Shown here: one piece after another, positions 39,925 to 52,144 of the stretch | Numbering within the stretch: position 1 is the stretch's first letter | Layout: every line of letters begins with the position of its first letter | Assembly (NCBI RefSeq): GCF_006345805.1 | Contig: NC_043001.1 | Span: 89,714,001 to 89,778,000, forward strand | Source: Octopus sinensis | Lineage: Eukaryota | DNA: 64,000 nucleotides | Reading direction: 5' to 3' | Position numbers and translations under genes: made by a program | Notes under the pieces: generated by a model | Databases searched by the model: none | Seen by the model: the letters and a program-made list of their open reading frames with translations, nothing else | What the model was told of the DNA's origin: nothing

Positions 39925-40455
39925 GTATCTCTCTCTCTCTCTCTCTCCTTCTATCTGTCTGTCTCTTTCTTTCCCTCTCTGTCTGTTTGTCTGTCTGTCT
40001 CTTTCTTTCTTTCCCCCTCAGTTTGTCACTCACTCTCACTCTCTCTCTCTCCCTCTGTTTGTTTGTATGTCTGTCTGTCTATCTCTCTCTCTCTCTTTGT
40101 TTGTCTGGCTGTCTCTCTTTCTTTCTCTGTCCGTCTGTCTCAATTTCTTTTCCTGTCTGTCTGTCTGTCAGTATCTCTCTCTCTCTCACTTCCTCTATCT
40201 GTCTATCTTTCTTTTTCCCTCTCTGTCTGTCAATCTCTCTCTCTCTCTCTCCTTCTGTTTGTCTGTCTCCCTCTATCTTTCCCTCTCTGTCTGTCTATCA
40301 GTCTATCTATCTCTCTCTTTCCCTTTCTGTCTGTCTGTCAGTCTCTCTCTCTCTCTCACTCTCTATCTATCTCTCTTCCTCTGTCTGTCTGTCTCTCTTT
40401 CTTTCCCTCTCTGTCTGTCTGTCAGTTTCTCCCCCCTCATCTCTCTCTCTCTAAT
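39925..40455. repeat. Compound (CT)n/(CTGT)n microsatellite
   Basis: Direct inspection. Confidence 0.95.
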
Positions 40456-40789
40456 CAGCTATCACACCCCGGGTGTACCACTAAATCAAACACTGTCTAT
40501 CTTTATGTTTGCTTGTGATTAGATAGGCACCAACAATAATTTGTGGCAGCATGATATGTGTTAGCAACTCATGCTTGTTTTATGGTTGAATGCTGTCTCT
40601 TTAACCAGAGCTGATCACAGGCCAAACAACAATGAAAACAATAGCTGTGAAGTTTAAAAATAAGCAACACCAGCAAATGTCTTGCATGAAATATTCATCA
40701 TCTCAATGCATGCAATTACACAGAGATAAATCTTTGCTTGTAAACAATCTTTTATATTCTATCTTTTTGTTGTTTTAGTTATTAGATTG

Positions 40790-40980
40790 TGGCCATGCTG
40801 GGGTGTCAGCTCAAAGAATTTTTAGTTGAATGAATCGATCCCCACCCCACCCAGTACTTATTTTTTTTAAAGTCTGGTAGTTTTTCTATCAGTCTCTTTT
40901 AGCTGAACTGCTAACATATAGGGACATAAACACACCAATACCAGTTGTCAAATGATGATGGGGAGCAAACACACACACAC

Positions 40981-41024
<44 letters not shown>

Positions 41025-41190
41025 ACACACATGACAGGCTTCTGTCAGTTTCTGTCTACCAAATCCACTTACAAGGCTTGTGTCAGCCTGACACTATAGT
41101 AGAAGACACTTTGCCCAAGGTGCCACGCAGTGGGACTGAACTCAGAACCATGTGGTTTGCAAGTAAACTTCTTACCACCCAGTCACGTCT
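40790..41190 (-). mobile_element. SINE family B copy
   Basis: Same motifs as other family B copies, with an internal (CA)n. Confidence 0.7.
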
Positions 41191-41611
41191 AATGTGGGGA
41201 AAATCAACTGTTTTGCTATCGACTGCTACAGAATCAGGACAAAGATGAAGTAATTAGAGAAATTGTTTTATTTAAAACAAAACATCCTGAAATATATTAC
41301 TTAATTAGAACTGTTTATTGGTGATAATTATGTAACTGAGAATACTGCTAATGACCGACTGATGTAATCTGTTATTATGAAGTTAGGCAGAGGATGGTAC
41401 ATAAGTGTATAAAGTGCATATGACAAGGCATTTGGTTTGTCTGTCATACTATTAATTCTGCCAAGACTGGAGGAGAAGAAGAAGATGGTGGTGGTGGTGG
41501 TGGTGTAGTAGGAGTGCTGGTGATGATGGTTATGATGATGATGATAGTGTTATGAAATATTTCAATATACATAGGTACAAAGGCAGTGAGCTGGAAGAAT
41601 TGTTAGCACGT

Positions 41612-41990
41612 GCAGGAGTGGCTGTGTGGTAAGTAGCTTCCTTACCAACCACATGGTTCTGGGTTCAGTCCCACTGCATAGCACCTTGGGCAAGTGTCTT
41701 CTACTATAGCCTTGGGCTGACCAAAGCCTTGTGAGTGGATTTGGTAGATGGAAACTGAAAGAAACCCGTCTTATATATGTATATATATATGTGTGTGTCT
41801 GTGTTTGTCCCCCCAATATTGCTTGACAACCGATGCTGGTGTGTTTACATCCCCTTAATGTAGCGGTTCAGTAAAATGGACTGATAGAATAAGTATTAGG
41901 CTTCCAAAGAATAAGTCCTGGGGTCGATTTGCTCGACTAAAGGTGGTGCTCCAGCATGACCACAGTCAAATGACTGAAACAAGTAAAAGA
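41612..41990 (+). mobile_element. SINE family B, full length
   Basis: GGAGTGGCTGTGTGGTAAG head, GGGTTCAGTCCC B-box-like motif, internal TA/TG repeat, AAACAAGTAAAAGAG tail. Confidence 0.8.
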
Positions 41991-42181
41991 GAGTATGCCA
42001 GGAAAATGCTTAGCGGCATTTTGTCCGTCTTTATGTTCTGAGTTCAAATTCTGCTGAGGTTGTCCTTTTGGGGTTGTCAGTGATGATGTTTGCATATCTT
42101 GTTAACAAGATCTGTGTGGTAAGAAGTTTGCTTCTGAACCACATGGTTCCAGGTTCAGTCCCACTGTGTGGCATCTTGGGC

Positions 42182-42337
42182 AAGTGACCTCTACAATAGC
42201 CTTGGGCTGACTAAAGCCTTGTGGGTAGATTTGGTAGATTATACATATATATATATACATATGTATGTATTATGTATGTATGTGTATTATATATTATATA
42301 TATATATATATATATATTATATATGTCATCTTAATCG

Positions 42338-42392
<55 letters not shown>

Positions 42393-42499
42393 CATACACA
42401 TAAATACATAATACATACATATGTATATATATATATGTATAATCTACCAAATCTACCCACAAGGCTTTAGTCAGCCCAAGGCTATTGTAGAGGTCACTT
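42182..42499. repeat. Fold-back palindrome of a SINE B fragment around a (TA)n tract
   Basis: About 105-bp arms (AAGTGACCTC...GTGTAT / ATACAC...GAGGTCACTT) with one mismatch. Confidence 0.9.
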
Positions 42500-42531
42500 A
42501 ACGTCTATATCTATATATATATAATATATAT

Positions 42532-42560
<29 letters not shown>

Positions 42561-42564
<4 letters not shown>

Positions 42565-42926
42565 CAGTTGTATACTGTCAACTTAACATGACAGTCCCAT
42601 AAAGGGAATCACACCACCACTATTTAGCCCTAGGAAGCATCAATGCTTCCTGTCAGCCTTGACACATTTCCTGTGTCCTTATGTTTACAAGGGGGGACAA
42701 GCACCCCCATCCAGCTAGGCCTGCATCCAGAGACATGTTTCTGAGTCTTGCTCGTCATCAGTCTGGAGTAGCATGGCTTGCTAGCTGCCGATGCCTGTCT
42801 AGACCTTGTAAACATATAATTCCAGTGAAATAAATCCACTGATCACAAAAATATCTCAGAGAGATATAAGCAGTGGTGGTATGATAGAGCAGTTGTATAC
42901 TGTCAACTTAACGTGACAGTCCCATA
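42561..42926 (-). mobile_element. 325-bp retrozyme-like unit with 41-bp terminal direct redundancy and an internal hammerhead
   Basis: AGAGCAGTTGTATACTGTCAACTTAAC(A/G)TGACAGTCCCATA at 42561-42601 and 42886-42926; hammerhead at 42726-42767; microsatellites on both flanks. Confidence 0.65.
42726..42767 (-). ncRNA. Minimal type I hammerhead ribozyme
   Basis: TCCAGA-CUGAUGA-CGAG CAAGA CUCA-GAA-ACAUGU-C^UCUGGA: 6-bp stem I, canonical core, GUC cleavage triplet, palindromic stem III; C.A mismatch at the base of stem II. Confidence 0.85.
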
Positions 42927-43712
42927 CATATATATATATATTTACACATATATCTGTGTGTGTATATATATATATATACATATATATATTTACACATATA
43001 TCTGTATATATGTTTGTGTGTGTACCTCTGTGTGTGCTCACATGCACGTGTGTGTGTGTCTTTGAGGCTCTGTTTGTCCCCCCCCCCCAACCACTACTTG
43101 ACAACCAGTGTTGGTGTGTTTATGTTCCCATAACTTAGCAGTTTGGGAAAAGTGACTGAAAGAATTAGTACCAGGCTTTAAAAAAAAAGAGATCAATACC
43201 AGAGTCAATTCATTCGACTAAAGATGCTTTAAGGCAATGCCCCAGGATGACTACAGTCTAATGACAGAAACAATTAAAGATAAAATACAAAAGATTACAA
43301 CCAGTGGCTCTGCACTTTTAAAGTCCTCTGGTATAATAAAAGTAACCTCTAAATTGGAAACTAAGTAAGGGTTGGTGGCAGGAAGAGCATTCAGCTGTGG
43401 AACCCTGCATCAAATAAGTCCCCATCAACCTTATGCTAGCATGAAAAATGTATCTTTTTTTATTTATCTTTTTAACTGCGTTAGTCATTAGACTGGCCAT
43501 GCTGGAGTACCATCTTGAAGAATTTTTTTAGACGAACAAATTAACCCAGTAATTACTTTTTTAAGTCTGGTTCATATTCTATTGGTTTCTTTTGCCAAAC
43601 GGCTATGTCATGGGGATGTAAACATACCAACACCAGTTGTCAAGCAGTGGTGGAGGGACAAACACAGACACAAAGACACACACATACACACACACATGCA
43701 TACATATATGTA

Positions 43713-43748
<36 letters not shown>

Positions 43749-43769
43749 CATAACGTGGTCAATGCCAGA

Positions 43770-43970
43770 GTGTGGTCGATGCCAGTGGCATGTAAAAAGC
43801 ACCCACCACATTCTTGGAGTGGTTGGTATTTGGAAGGGCATCCAGCTGTAGACACCTTGCCAGATTAGATTGGAGCCTCGTGCAGCCTACTGGCTTGCCA
43901 GTCCTCAGTCAAACTGTCCAACCCATGCCAGCATAGAAAGTGGACGTTAAACGATGTTGATGATGATGAC
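43770..43970 (+). mobile_element. RTE 3'-tail fragment nested in a SINE B copy (43490-44165)
   Basis: AACCCATGCCAGCATAGAAAGTGGACGTTAAACGATG end; SINE halves on both sides. Confidence 0.7.
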
Positions 43971-44689
43971 GGTATATATATATATATATATATATATACA
44001 TACATACATATATGACAGGCTTGTTTTCAGTTTTTGTCTACCAAATCAACTCATAAAACTTTAGTTGACATGAGGCTATAGCAGAAGACACTTGCCTAAG
44101 GTGCCATGCAGTAGTACTGAACCCAAGAACCATGTGGTTGGGAAGTAAATTTCTTACCACCCAGCCAAATAGATACAAGAATATTGAATGCCATGTGTAG
44201 TTCTTTATGTTTCAAAGAAAGACATCTGATATAAATGATTGGTAAAAATCTTCTTCACAAATTGTTAATGATTTTAAATGAAAAAATAAGACAAACTGGG
44301 AATGGTAAGATGTAGTATTGAGAGAAAAACCATTGATGCTTTCATGAGACTTTGTGTCTGGCAAGTTCTGGAGTATTTTAGCTTTTAGTCTGTTCCGGAT
44401 ATGGTATGAGTTAGGTGCAGGAATCCACAACTGATATAAGTGGATCACAGCTGGAGCTTCCAGAACTAGAGGAAAAAGAATATGCACTCCTGCTTTCCAT
44501 CACCACTATCACGACCAAACAAACCCATTAAGAATAGGAAAATTCTGAAGAAATGAAGGAAGGCCGAGAGAGATTCTAGAAAAAAGTCTTACTTCAACTT
44601 TGATAAGGTAAATCAATGTTTCCTCAATCAATAAATGGATGGAATCCAACAGAGTAACCATTCCTAGTGAGACTATAAAGTTGAGGATA

Positions 44690-45125
44690 ACCACCACCAC
44701 CGCCGCTGCCGGCGGCGGCACCACCACCACTACCACCATCACTACCACCACCACCACCACTGCCACTACCACCACCGTCACTGCCACCACTACCACCACC
44801 ACCACCGTTGCCACTGCTGCCATCGCTACTGCCGCCATCGCCACTGCTGCCACCACCACTGTCACCACCATTGTCACCACCAACATTAACACCACCATCA
44901 CTGACATCACCACCACTATCAGTATCACCATTGCCACCACTACCACCACTGCCACCACCACCACCGTTACTTGCTATCACTTTCATCAGCCAGCACCAGC
45001 ACCACTATCACCACCATAATCATCTCTGTTTCTTGCTATTACTTCCATCACTGCTATCACCATCACTACCATCTCACCACAACCAGCACAGCCACCACCA
45101 TCACTGCAATTATCCTAACAACAAC
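44690..45125. repeat. Degenerate (CAC/CAT)n triplet repeat
   Basis: Direct inspection; source of the Thr-, Gly-, Val- and Pro-rich ORFs. Confidence 0.9.
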
Positions 45126-45217
45126 AACATCTCCATTATTTGAAATAATTTCTAGAATCTCTCTCGGCCTTCCTTCATATAATCATAAAGCACCCTCAAC
45201 CACAACAACAGCAACAA

Positions 45218-45560
45218 GTGGAGGTGCAATGGCCCAATGGTTAGGACAGTGGACTTGCAGTCGGAGCATCACGGTTTCGATTCCCAGACCGGGCGTTGTG
45301 TGTGTTTATTGAGGGAAAAGACCTAAAGCTCTACGAGGCTCCAGCAGGGGGTGGTGGCGACCCCTGTTGTATTCCTTCGCTCCAACTTTCTCTCACTCTT
45401 TCTTCTTGTTTCTTGTCCCCGACTTCCTACGCAATCGGTGAGCCTAGATGTACATTCATCCGTCGATGCTCTCGGTGTCGGGGGTTGACCCGCTTTCTCT
45501 TCTGCGGGTCTTACGAATAGCAAAGGACTTCGTATCGGACTTCTCCTAGTACAGAGGTGC
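45218..45560 (+). mobile_element. tRNA-derived SINE (family D)
   Basis: GGTGCAATGGCCCAATGGTTAGG A box and GGTTTCGATTCCC B box followed by a unique body. Confidence 0.65.
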
Positions 45561-45863
45561 GATCTTGCGAGCTCTGGGATGAAGACTACTATGCTCAACA
45601 GCAGCAGCAGCAACAACAGCAACAACCTCACCAACAATTACAACAACTACTACAATTGCAACAGCCACACTATGACTCAACAAATGAGCCTTTTTGTGGG
45701 CACTCAATCTGTTACAAATAGAAGACTAATCTCCCTCAAATCACACTTATTATATATATATATACATATAGTTAATCCAAACATGAAAACACAAAGAGAA
45801 AACACAACAATGCGAGGATGTGGATCAAGTATAGTATTATTGGACACTCAGGAAAGAAGGAGG

Positions 45864-45898
45864 GTTTAACATTTTGAGTGGAGCTTTTCGTCAGAAAC
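45864..45898 (-). ncRNA. Decayed minimal hammerhead motif in a Penelope-like terminal fragment
   Basis: GTTT-CTGACGA-AAAGCTCCACTC-AAA-ATGT-T-AAAC: stem I and CUGACGA intact, G12 mutated to A, stems II and III damaged at apparent CpG sites. Confidence 0.5.
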
Positions 45899-46086
45899 AT
45901 AGGAAAAGGAAAGATCCAAAGAAGGGAAGACAGAGGAAAAAACATCGCCAACGGTACACACGTGGTAGTGAATCTAATGGTTTCTCTGTGTTTTTAAATG
46001 GCTTATAAACACTTTCCACGCTGCAATTGTTTTTGTTTCAGCACACGATCTTGGATCAGATGACTTGCTATGTAAGTACATCTCTG

Positions 46087-46089
<3 letters not shown>

Positions 46090-46130
<41 letters not shown>

Positions 46131-46271
46131 TGAAAAAAGAAACTAAAGTGTAAAATTTGTTACTAAAAAAAATTTTTTTAATTATAAAATAAACTGATTA
46201 TAACTACCAGCAAAGTTCTCCTTTTCCTTTTTTCAAATAAACCTAACTGTACCAAGTATCTCACGCATTTT

Positions 46272-46334
<63 letters not shown>

Positions 46335-46366
46335 TGTATGTGTATATATATATGTATGTGTATATG

Positions 46367-46457
<91 letters not shown>

Positions 46458-46658
46458 TGTATATATATATATATGTATATATAATATATATATATAATAT
46501 ATGTATATATATATATATGTATGTATATATATATATATGTATGTATATATATATATGTATATATATATATGTATGTATATTATATATATATATATATATA
46601 TATTATATATTATATATATATATATGTATGTATATATATATGTATGTATATATATATG

Positions 46659-46700
<42 letters not shown>

Positions 46701-47125
46701 ATATATGTATGTATATATAATATATATATATATATATAATGTATGTATATATATATATGTATGTATATATTATATATTATATATATTATGTATGTTATAT
46801 ATATATATGTATGTATATATATATATATATATATGTATGATATATATAGATATATATATGTATTATATATATATATATTGTATATATATATAATATTATA
46901 TATGTATGTATATATATATATATGTATTATATATATATATATGTATATATATAATATATATATATATGTATATATATATATATGTATGTATATATATATA
47001 TGATGTATAATATATGTATATATATATATATGTATGTATATATATATATGTATGTATATATATATATATATATATGTATGTATATATATATGTATGTATA
47101 TTATATGTATGTATATATATATGTA

Positions 47126-47160
<35 letters not shown>

Positions 47161-47303
47161 ATATATATATATATATGTATGTATATATATAATATATATA
47201 TATATATGATATATATATATATATATGTATGTATATATATATATATATATGTATGTATATATATATATATAAGTATGTATATATATATATATATATATGT
47301 ATG

Positions 47304-47342
<39 letters not shown>

Positions 47343-47605
47343 GTATAATATATATAATATATATATATGTATGTATATATATATATATGTATGTATATAT
47401 ATATATGATGTTATATATGTATATATATATATATGTATGTGTTATATATATATGTATGTATGTGTATATATATATATGTATGTGTATTATATATATATGT
47501 ATGTGTATATATATGTATGTATATATATATATGTGTATATATATGTATATATATATATATATGTGTGTATATATATCTATATATATATATGTGTATATAT
47601 ATGTA

Positions 47606-47639
<34 letters not shown>

Positions 47640-47937
47640 TATGTATATAATATATAATATATATATATGTATGTATATAATATATATGTATAAATATATG
47701 TATGTTATATAATATATGTATGTAATATATATATATATATATGTATGTATATATATATATGTATGATATATATAATATATATGTATGTATGTGTATATAT
47801 ATATGTATGTTATATATATATATTATGTATGTGTATATATATGTATGTGTAGATATATATGTATGTATATATATATATTATGTATGTGTATATATATATA
47901 TTGTATATATATATATGTATATATATTATATATATAT

Positions 47938-47979
<42 letters not shown>

Positions 47980-47990
47980 CATACATATGA
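46090..47990. repeat. Very long (TA)n/(TATG)n low-complexity tract, interrupted at ~46130-46277
   Basis: Direct inspection. Confidence 0.97.
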
Positions 47991-48666
47991 GAGGGATGAT
48001 CACTATGTGGATAACCTTTATACTAGAAGTAGATCTGCTATGGTCTTACCACAAGGAAATGTTCTCAAGAAAAATTTAGCAAACACCAGAATGTAAGCAA
48101 GCAAGACAAATGAAAATTAATAAAATACAGATTATTCCCATACATGTTTCACTATTAACAGATTACGTATATTTACTTACACAATTGTCCGTAGATCTTC
48201 AGTGTGATCATCCATACAAATATAATTTGCATAACTATATACGGGGATGTCTGCACGAGGTCAGATTTGTGTCTAGTTCTACCTATTACACTTGCAGTTA
48301 TTTTTCAAAAGTCCTCGTTTTGGCGTGCTAAATTACCAGAAAATAATTTACTGCAGTGGCTTTTGCTGGTTATTAATTTAAATTTAAATTTAAAATGAGG
48401 GTGAGAAATTGGATATTAATTTAATTAACATCAATTTAACACCAGTGGTCTAGCATATTAAAATCTGAAAGTTCAGTAAATTGTATTATATACATATGAG
48501 AGGATGACCACTATGTGGACAATCCTTATGCTAGAAGTGGATCCGCTATGATCTTACCACTAGGAAATGGTCTCAAAAAAAATTTAGCAAACACCAGAAC
48601 GTAAGCGAGCAAGACAAATGAAAAGTATTATTCATATACGTGTTTCACTATTAACAGATTACGTAA
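47984..48666 (-). mobile_element. ~500-bp unit with ~180-bp terminal direct redundancy carrying a hammerhead
   Basis: 47984-48170 repeated at 48493-48666 (offset 496-509); the second copy stops before the CUGA half of the ribozyme. Confidence 0.6.
48133..48210 (-). ncRNA. Type I hammerhead ribozyme with long stem II
   Basis: UGAUCACA-CUGAAGA-[45-nt stem II: CUA/UAG, GACA/UGUU, AUU/AAU, GUGUA/UAUAC]-GAA-ACAUGU-A^UGGGAAUA; GUA triplet; stem I 6 of 8 paired; U.U at the base of stem II. Confidence 0.75.
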
Positions 48667-48957
48667 TTTTACTGTTCTCAGATTGACACCCAAACACTCC
48701 TAAATGTTCATATTGGAGCTTCTGGCATGAATGCCAAACAGTACAGCATGTTGTTTCCAAATTTCTGGGAGAATTAATTGTGTCATGGTGCTGTTTTACC
48801 CACAATTGGTGCCCAACTGACCCTACTATACTGTGTAGTCGACAAAATCAAAAGCAAGCAATGTGAATAAGTGAAATTAAAAATATAAAATGGTGACAAT
48901 TTACCCATTGCACCCTGTGTATACCTATTTATCTATCTATCTAGCTATATATATATA

Positions 48958-49729
48958 TCAGGTCATCCTGTAAGTTCTGTCCGATTTTACCTTTTTTAAA
49001 ATTGAATGAAATTTAATAGTATTTTAGAATAAAATGGAATTAAAAATTATTTTTATGCATTTGTGTACATTTAAACTAATTGAATATTATTTTACAGAAT
49101 AATAGAATTAAAATTTCTTTGATTAAAACCCTTTCTAACATGGAAGTATCCAAAGAGCATTTAAGGCACATAATGCTTTATGAGTATATGGAAAAAACGG
49201 TTCTCTCTATCTGGTGGGATTGCAAAGGAGTAATTCACTTTGAATTGTTACCACCTAATGCGACAATCAATGCTCAAGTCTACTGTCAGCAATTAGAGTG
49301 TTTGAATCAAGTTTTGAAGAAAAAAAAGACCTGCTTTAGTGCATCGAAAAGGGGTGATGTTTCATCAGGACAATGCGTGACCCCAAACTGCAAAGATCAC
49401 ATCACAGAAGATTGAAGAGCTTGGTTGGGAAAAAATTCCTCATCCACCTTATTCTCCTGACCTTGCTCCTTCAGACTACCATTTGTTTCGTAGTTTACAG
49501 AACCATTTGGAGGACATAACTTTTGCAAGCCAGGAGGAGGTGGAAACTGACATTTCACTTTGAAACCAAAAGAGTTTTACATTGATGGGATTAAAAAGCT
49601 TATAAATAGATGGAAGGAAGTCATAGATAACCAGGGAAAGTACATTGATGATTAAATTTCAATTAAATATAACATTTGATCACTTGTTTTCTTTATTAAA
49701 ATTTCAGACAGAACTTATGGGATGACCTG

Positions 49730-49730
<1 letters not shown>
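48958..49730 (+). mobile_element. Internally deleted mariner (second subfamily)
   Basis: TIRs TCAGGTCATCCTGTAAGTTCTGTC / GACAGAACTTATGGGATGACCTGA with TA TSD; MEVSKEHLRHIMLYEY fused to VLSIWWDCKGVIHFELL; HPPYSPDLAPSDYHLF. Confidence 0.92.
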
Positions 49731-49762
<32 letters not shown>

Positions 49763-50309
49763 GACATATAATGTACTCTAGATACACTCATCATCATCAT
49801 TCTCATCACCACCACCACCACCACTCCATGAACATCCTTATATATTTTTTTTCCTGGCATGGTTTAGATGGATCTCACAGCATCTTGTGACTGATGCAGT
49901 CCTCCTTCATCTGTCACAAACAAACATATTTGATGTGCATGTCATTTTTTTCCTCTCTTTTTTATGATCTGATGGTCTTCTTAAAAACTACAAGCATTTT
50001 ATCAACCCAGCAGCACTAGAAGACATGATATGCAGTAGGATGGGACAGTTCTCTGTACTCTATATCTGTACTTTTATTCAGCACCACTGATCTCCAAGAC
50101 AGGTTGTCTGTGCTTGAGCTTGTAAAATCCAGGTCATCTTTATTTGTTATTTGGCATGGTTGTTATAGCCAGATGCTGTCTCTGTCATTCAACACCAGAT
50201 TATTTCACTATGGCAATAGAGATGTTATGCCTTGACAAGACCAGATAGTTCCTATTCTCTAGATTCTTTCTATTTGTTTCTTTTTTATGTTTGAATAAAA
50301 GATAAAGCG

Positions 50310-50703
50310 TAGGAGTGGCTGTGTGGTAAGTAGCTTGCTTACCAATCACATAATTCTGGGTTCAGTTCCACTGCGTGGCACCTTGGGCAAGTGTCTTCCA
50401 CTATAACCTCGGGCTGACCAAAGCCTTGTGAGTGGATTTGGTTGACGGAACTGAAAGAAGCCCATTGTATATATATATATATATGTATGTGTGTATATGT
50501 TTGTGTGTCTGTCCCCCCAAACATCGCTTGACAACCAATGCTGGAGTGTTTACTTCCCTGTAACTTAGTGGTTCGGCAAAAGAGACCGATAGAATAAGTA
50601 CTAGGCTCACAAAGAATAAGTCCTGGGGTTGATTTGCTCAACTAAAGGCAGTGCTCCAGCATGGCCGCAGTCAAATAACTGAAACAAGTTAAAGAGTAAA
50701 GAG
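50310..50703 (+). mobile_element. SINE family B, full length
   Basis: Same head, body and tail as 41612-41990. Confidence 0.8.
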
Positions 50704-50919
50704 TATGATAAATAGATAAAAAAAAAACACCCAGTCCACTCTGTAAAGTAGTTGTCATTAGGAAGGGTATCTAGCCATAAAAACCATGCCAGAGCAGACA
50801 GTGGAGCTTGGTGGAGTTCTCTGACTTATCAGCTCTTGTCAAACTGTCCAACTCATGCCAATATAGAAGATGAATGTTAAATAATGATGATGATGACGAC
50901 GACAGTCGTGAATGGAATA

Positions 50920-51252
50920 TTCTGAGACCCCGTTTGGTCATGGCACAGACCATGGGATTGCACCTAGAAAGTTACCCTCCCAGGTACAAGTCTGAGCTAG
51001 GTTGTTTATGGAAGACCAGCAGTTGCCCATGCATACCGGCCTCCCTTCCCCACGCCACCAGTGTTATCCAAGGGAAAGGCAAAGGCCGATACAGCTTGGC
51101 ACCTGTGACGTCGCAACTCATTTCTACAGCTAAGTGAACTGGAGCAACGTGAAATAAAGTGTCTTTCTCAAGAACACAACACGCAGCCCGCTCCAGGATT
51201 CGAACTCACAACCTTACGATCGTAAGCTCGATGCTCTAACCACTGAGCCATG
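50920..51252 (-). mobile_element. SINE family E copy
   Basis: Minus head TGGCTCAGTGGTTAGAGCATCGAGCTTACGATCGTAAGGTTGTGAGTTCGAATCC is tRNA-like. Confidence 0.75.
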
Positions 51253-51569
51253 ATATATGATATATAATATATATGCTTACTGGATCCCTGAGACATTGGA
51301 CAATAGCAAAGCAGAGGCATTATGGTGTCAAACAGAATATCTTGTATTGCGCTTTTCTGTTCTTTGAGCTCTGAATTGAAATCACATCAAGGTCAGCTTT
51401 GCTTTTCCAACTTTTGACTTTTATAAACCAGCATTCCATTCTCTTTCTTCTTCTCCCCATCTCTCACTCTCTCTCTCCTCACCTCTCTCTTGAAGAAATT
51501 GTCTGTTTTCAGACATGGAGAGGAACAAATTCTGCCAGACTTGAAGCATCCTATGACTATATGTGTGGA

Positions 51570-51812
51570 GGCAAGTGGCTTAATGGTTAGGGTGTTGAAC
51601 TCATGATCGTACGGTTGTGATTTTGATTCCTGGACCAGGCCATGCATTGTGTTTTTGAGCAAAACACTTCATTTCATGTTGCTCCAGTTCACTCAGCTGG
51701 CAAAAATGAGTAATCCTGCGACGGACAGGCATCCCATCCAAGTGGGGAATTTCTACACCACTGAAACCAGAAAACCAGCCCTTATGAGCCTGGCATGGCT
51801 CGAGAAGGAACA
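51570..51812 (+). mobile_element. SINE family E copy
   Basis: Matches 32478-32725. Confidence 0.7.
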
Positions 51813-52037
51813 TTTTTTTTCATATATATATATGTAAATGTTGAACGATGAAAATGAATGCCCAATACTGTATTGGTGGATATAATTTCTTTATTTGTGA
51901 ATTAAGGCTACCATTGTTTTCATGTTAAGAAAAGTAGGAAAATATCCTAGTGTCTTAACAATTTTTCATGCTGATCACATGGAGAAAGGTGTTTGCCTCC
52001 ATTTTAGAAAATGCAGCTTCATTATATATATACACAC

Positions 52038-52088
<51 letters not shown>

Positions 52089-52144
52089 CATACACATACA
52101 TATATACATACAGACATACATACATACATACATACACACACACA

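Noticed and set aside
39814-40522. Three overlapping Leu/Ser ORFs of 182-234 aa
   Set aside because: Translations of (CT)n/(CTGT)n repeats
44509-45143. Gly-, Thr-, Val- and Pro-rich ORFs resembling mucin or cuticle proteins
   Set aside because: Open in several frames on both strands because of the (CAC)n repeat; no splice or codon evidence
45218-45295. tRNA-like sequences here and at ~51180-51250
   Set aside because: They continue into SINE bodies and lack a complete acceptor stem; not tRNA genes
46334-48079. Many long Tyr/Ile/Met ORFs up to 232 aa
   Set aside because: Translations of (TA)n/(TATG)n microsatellite
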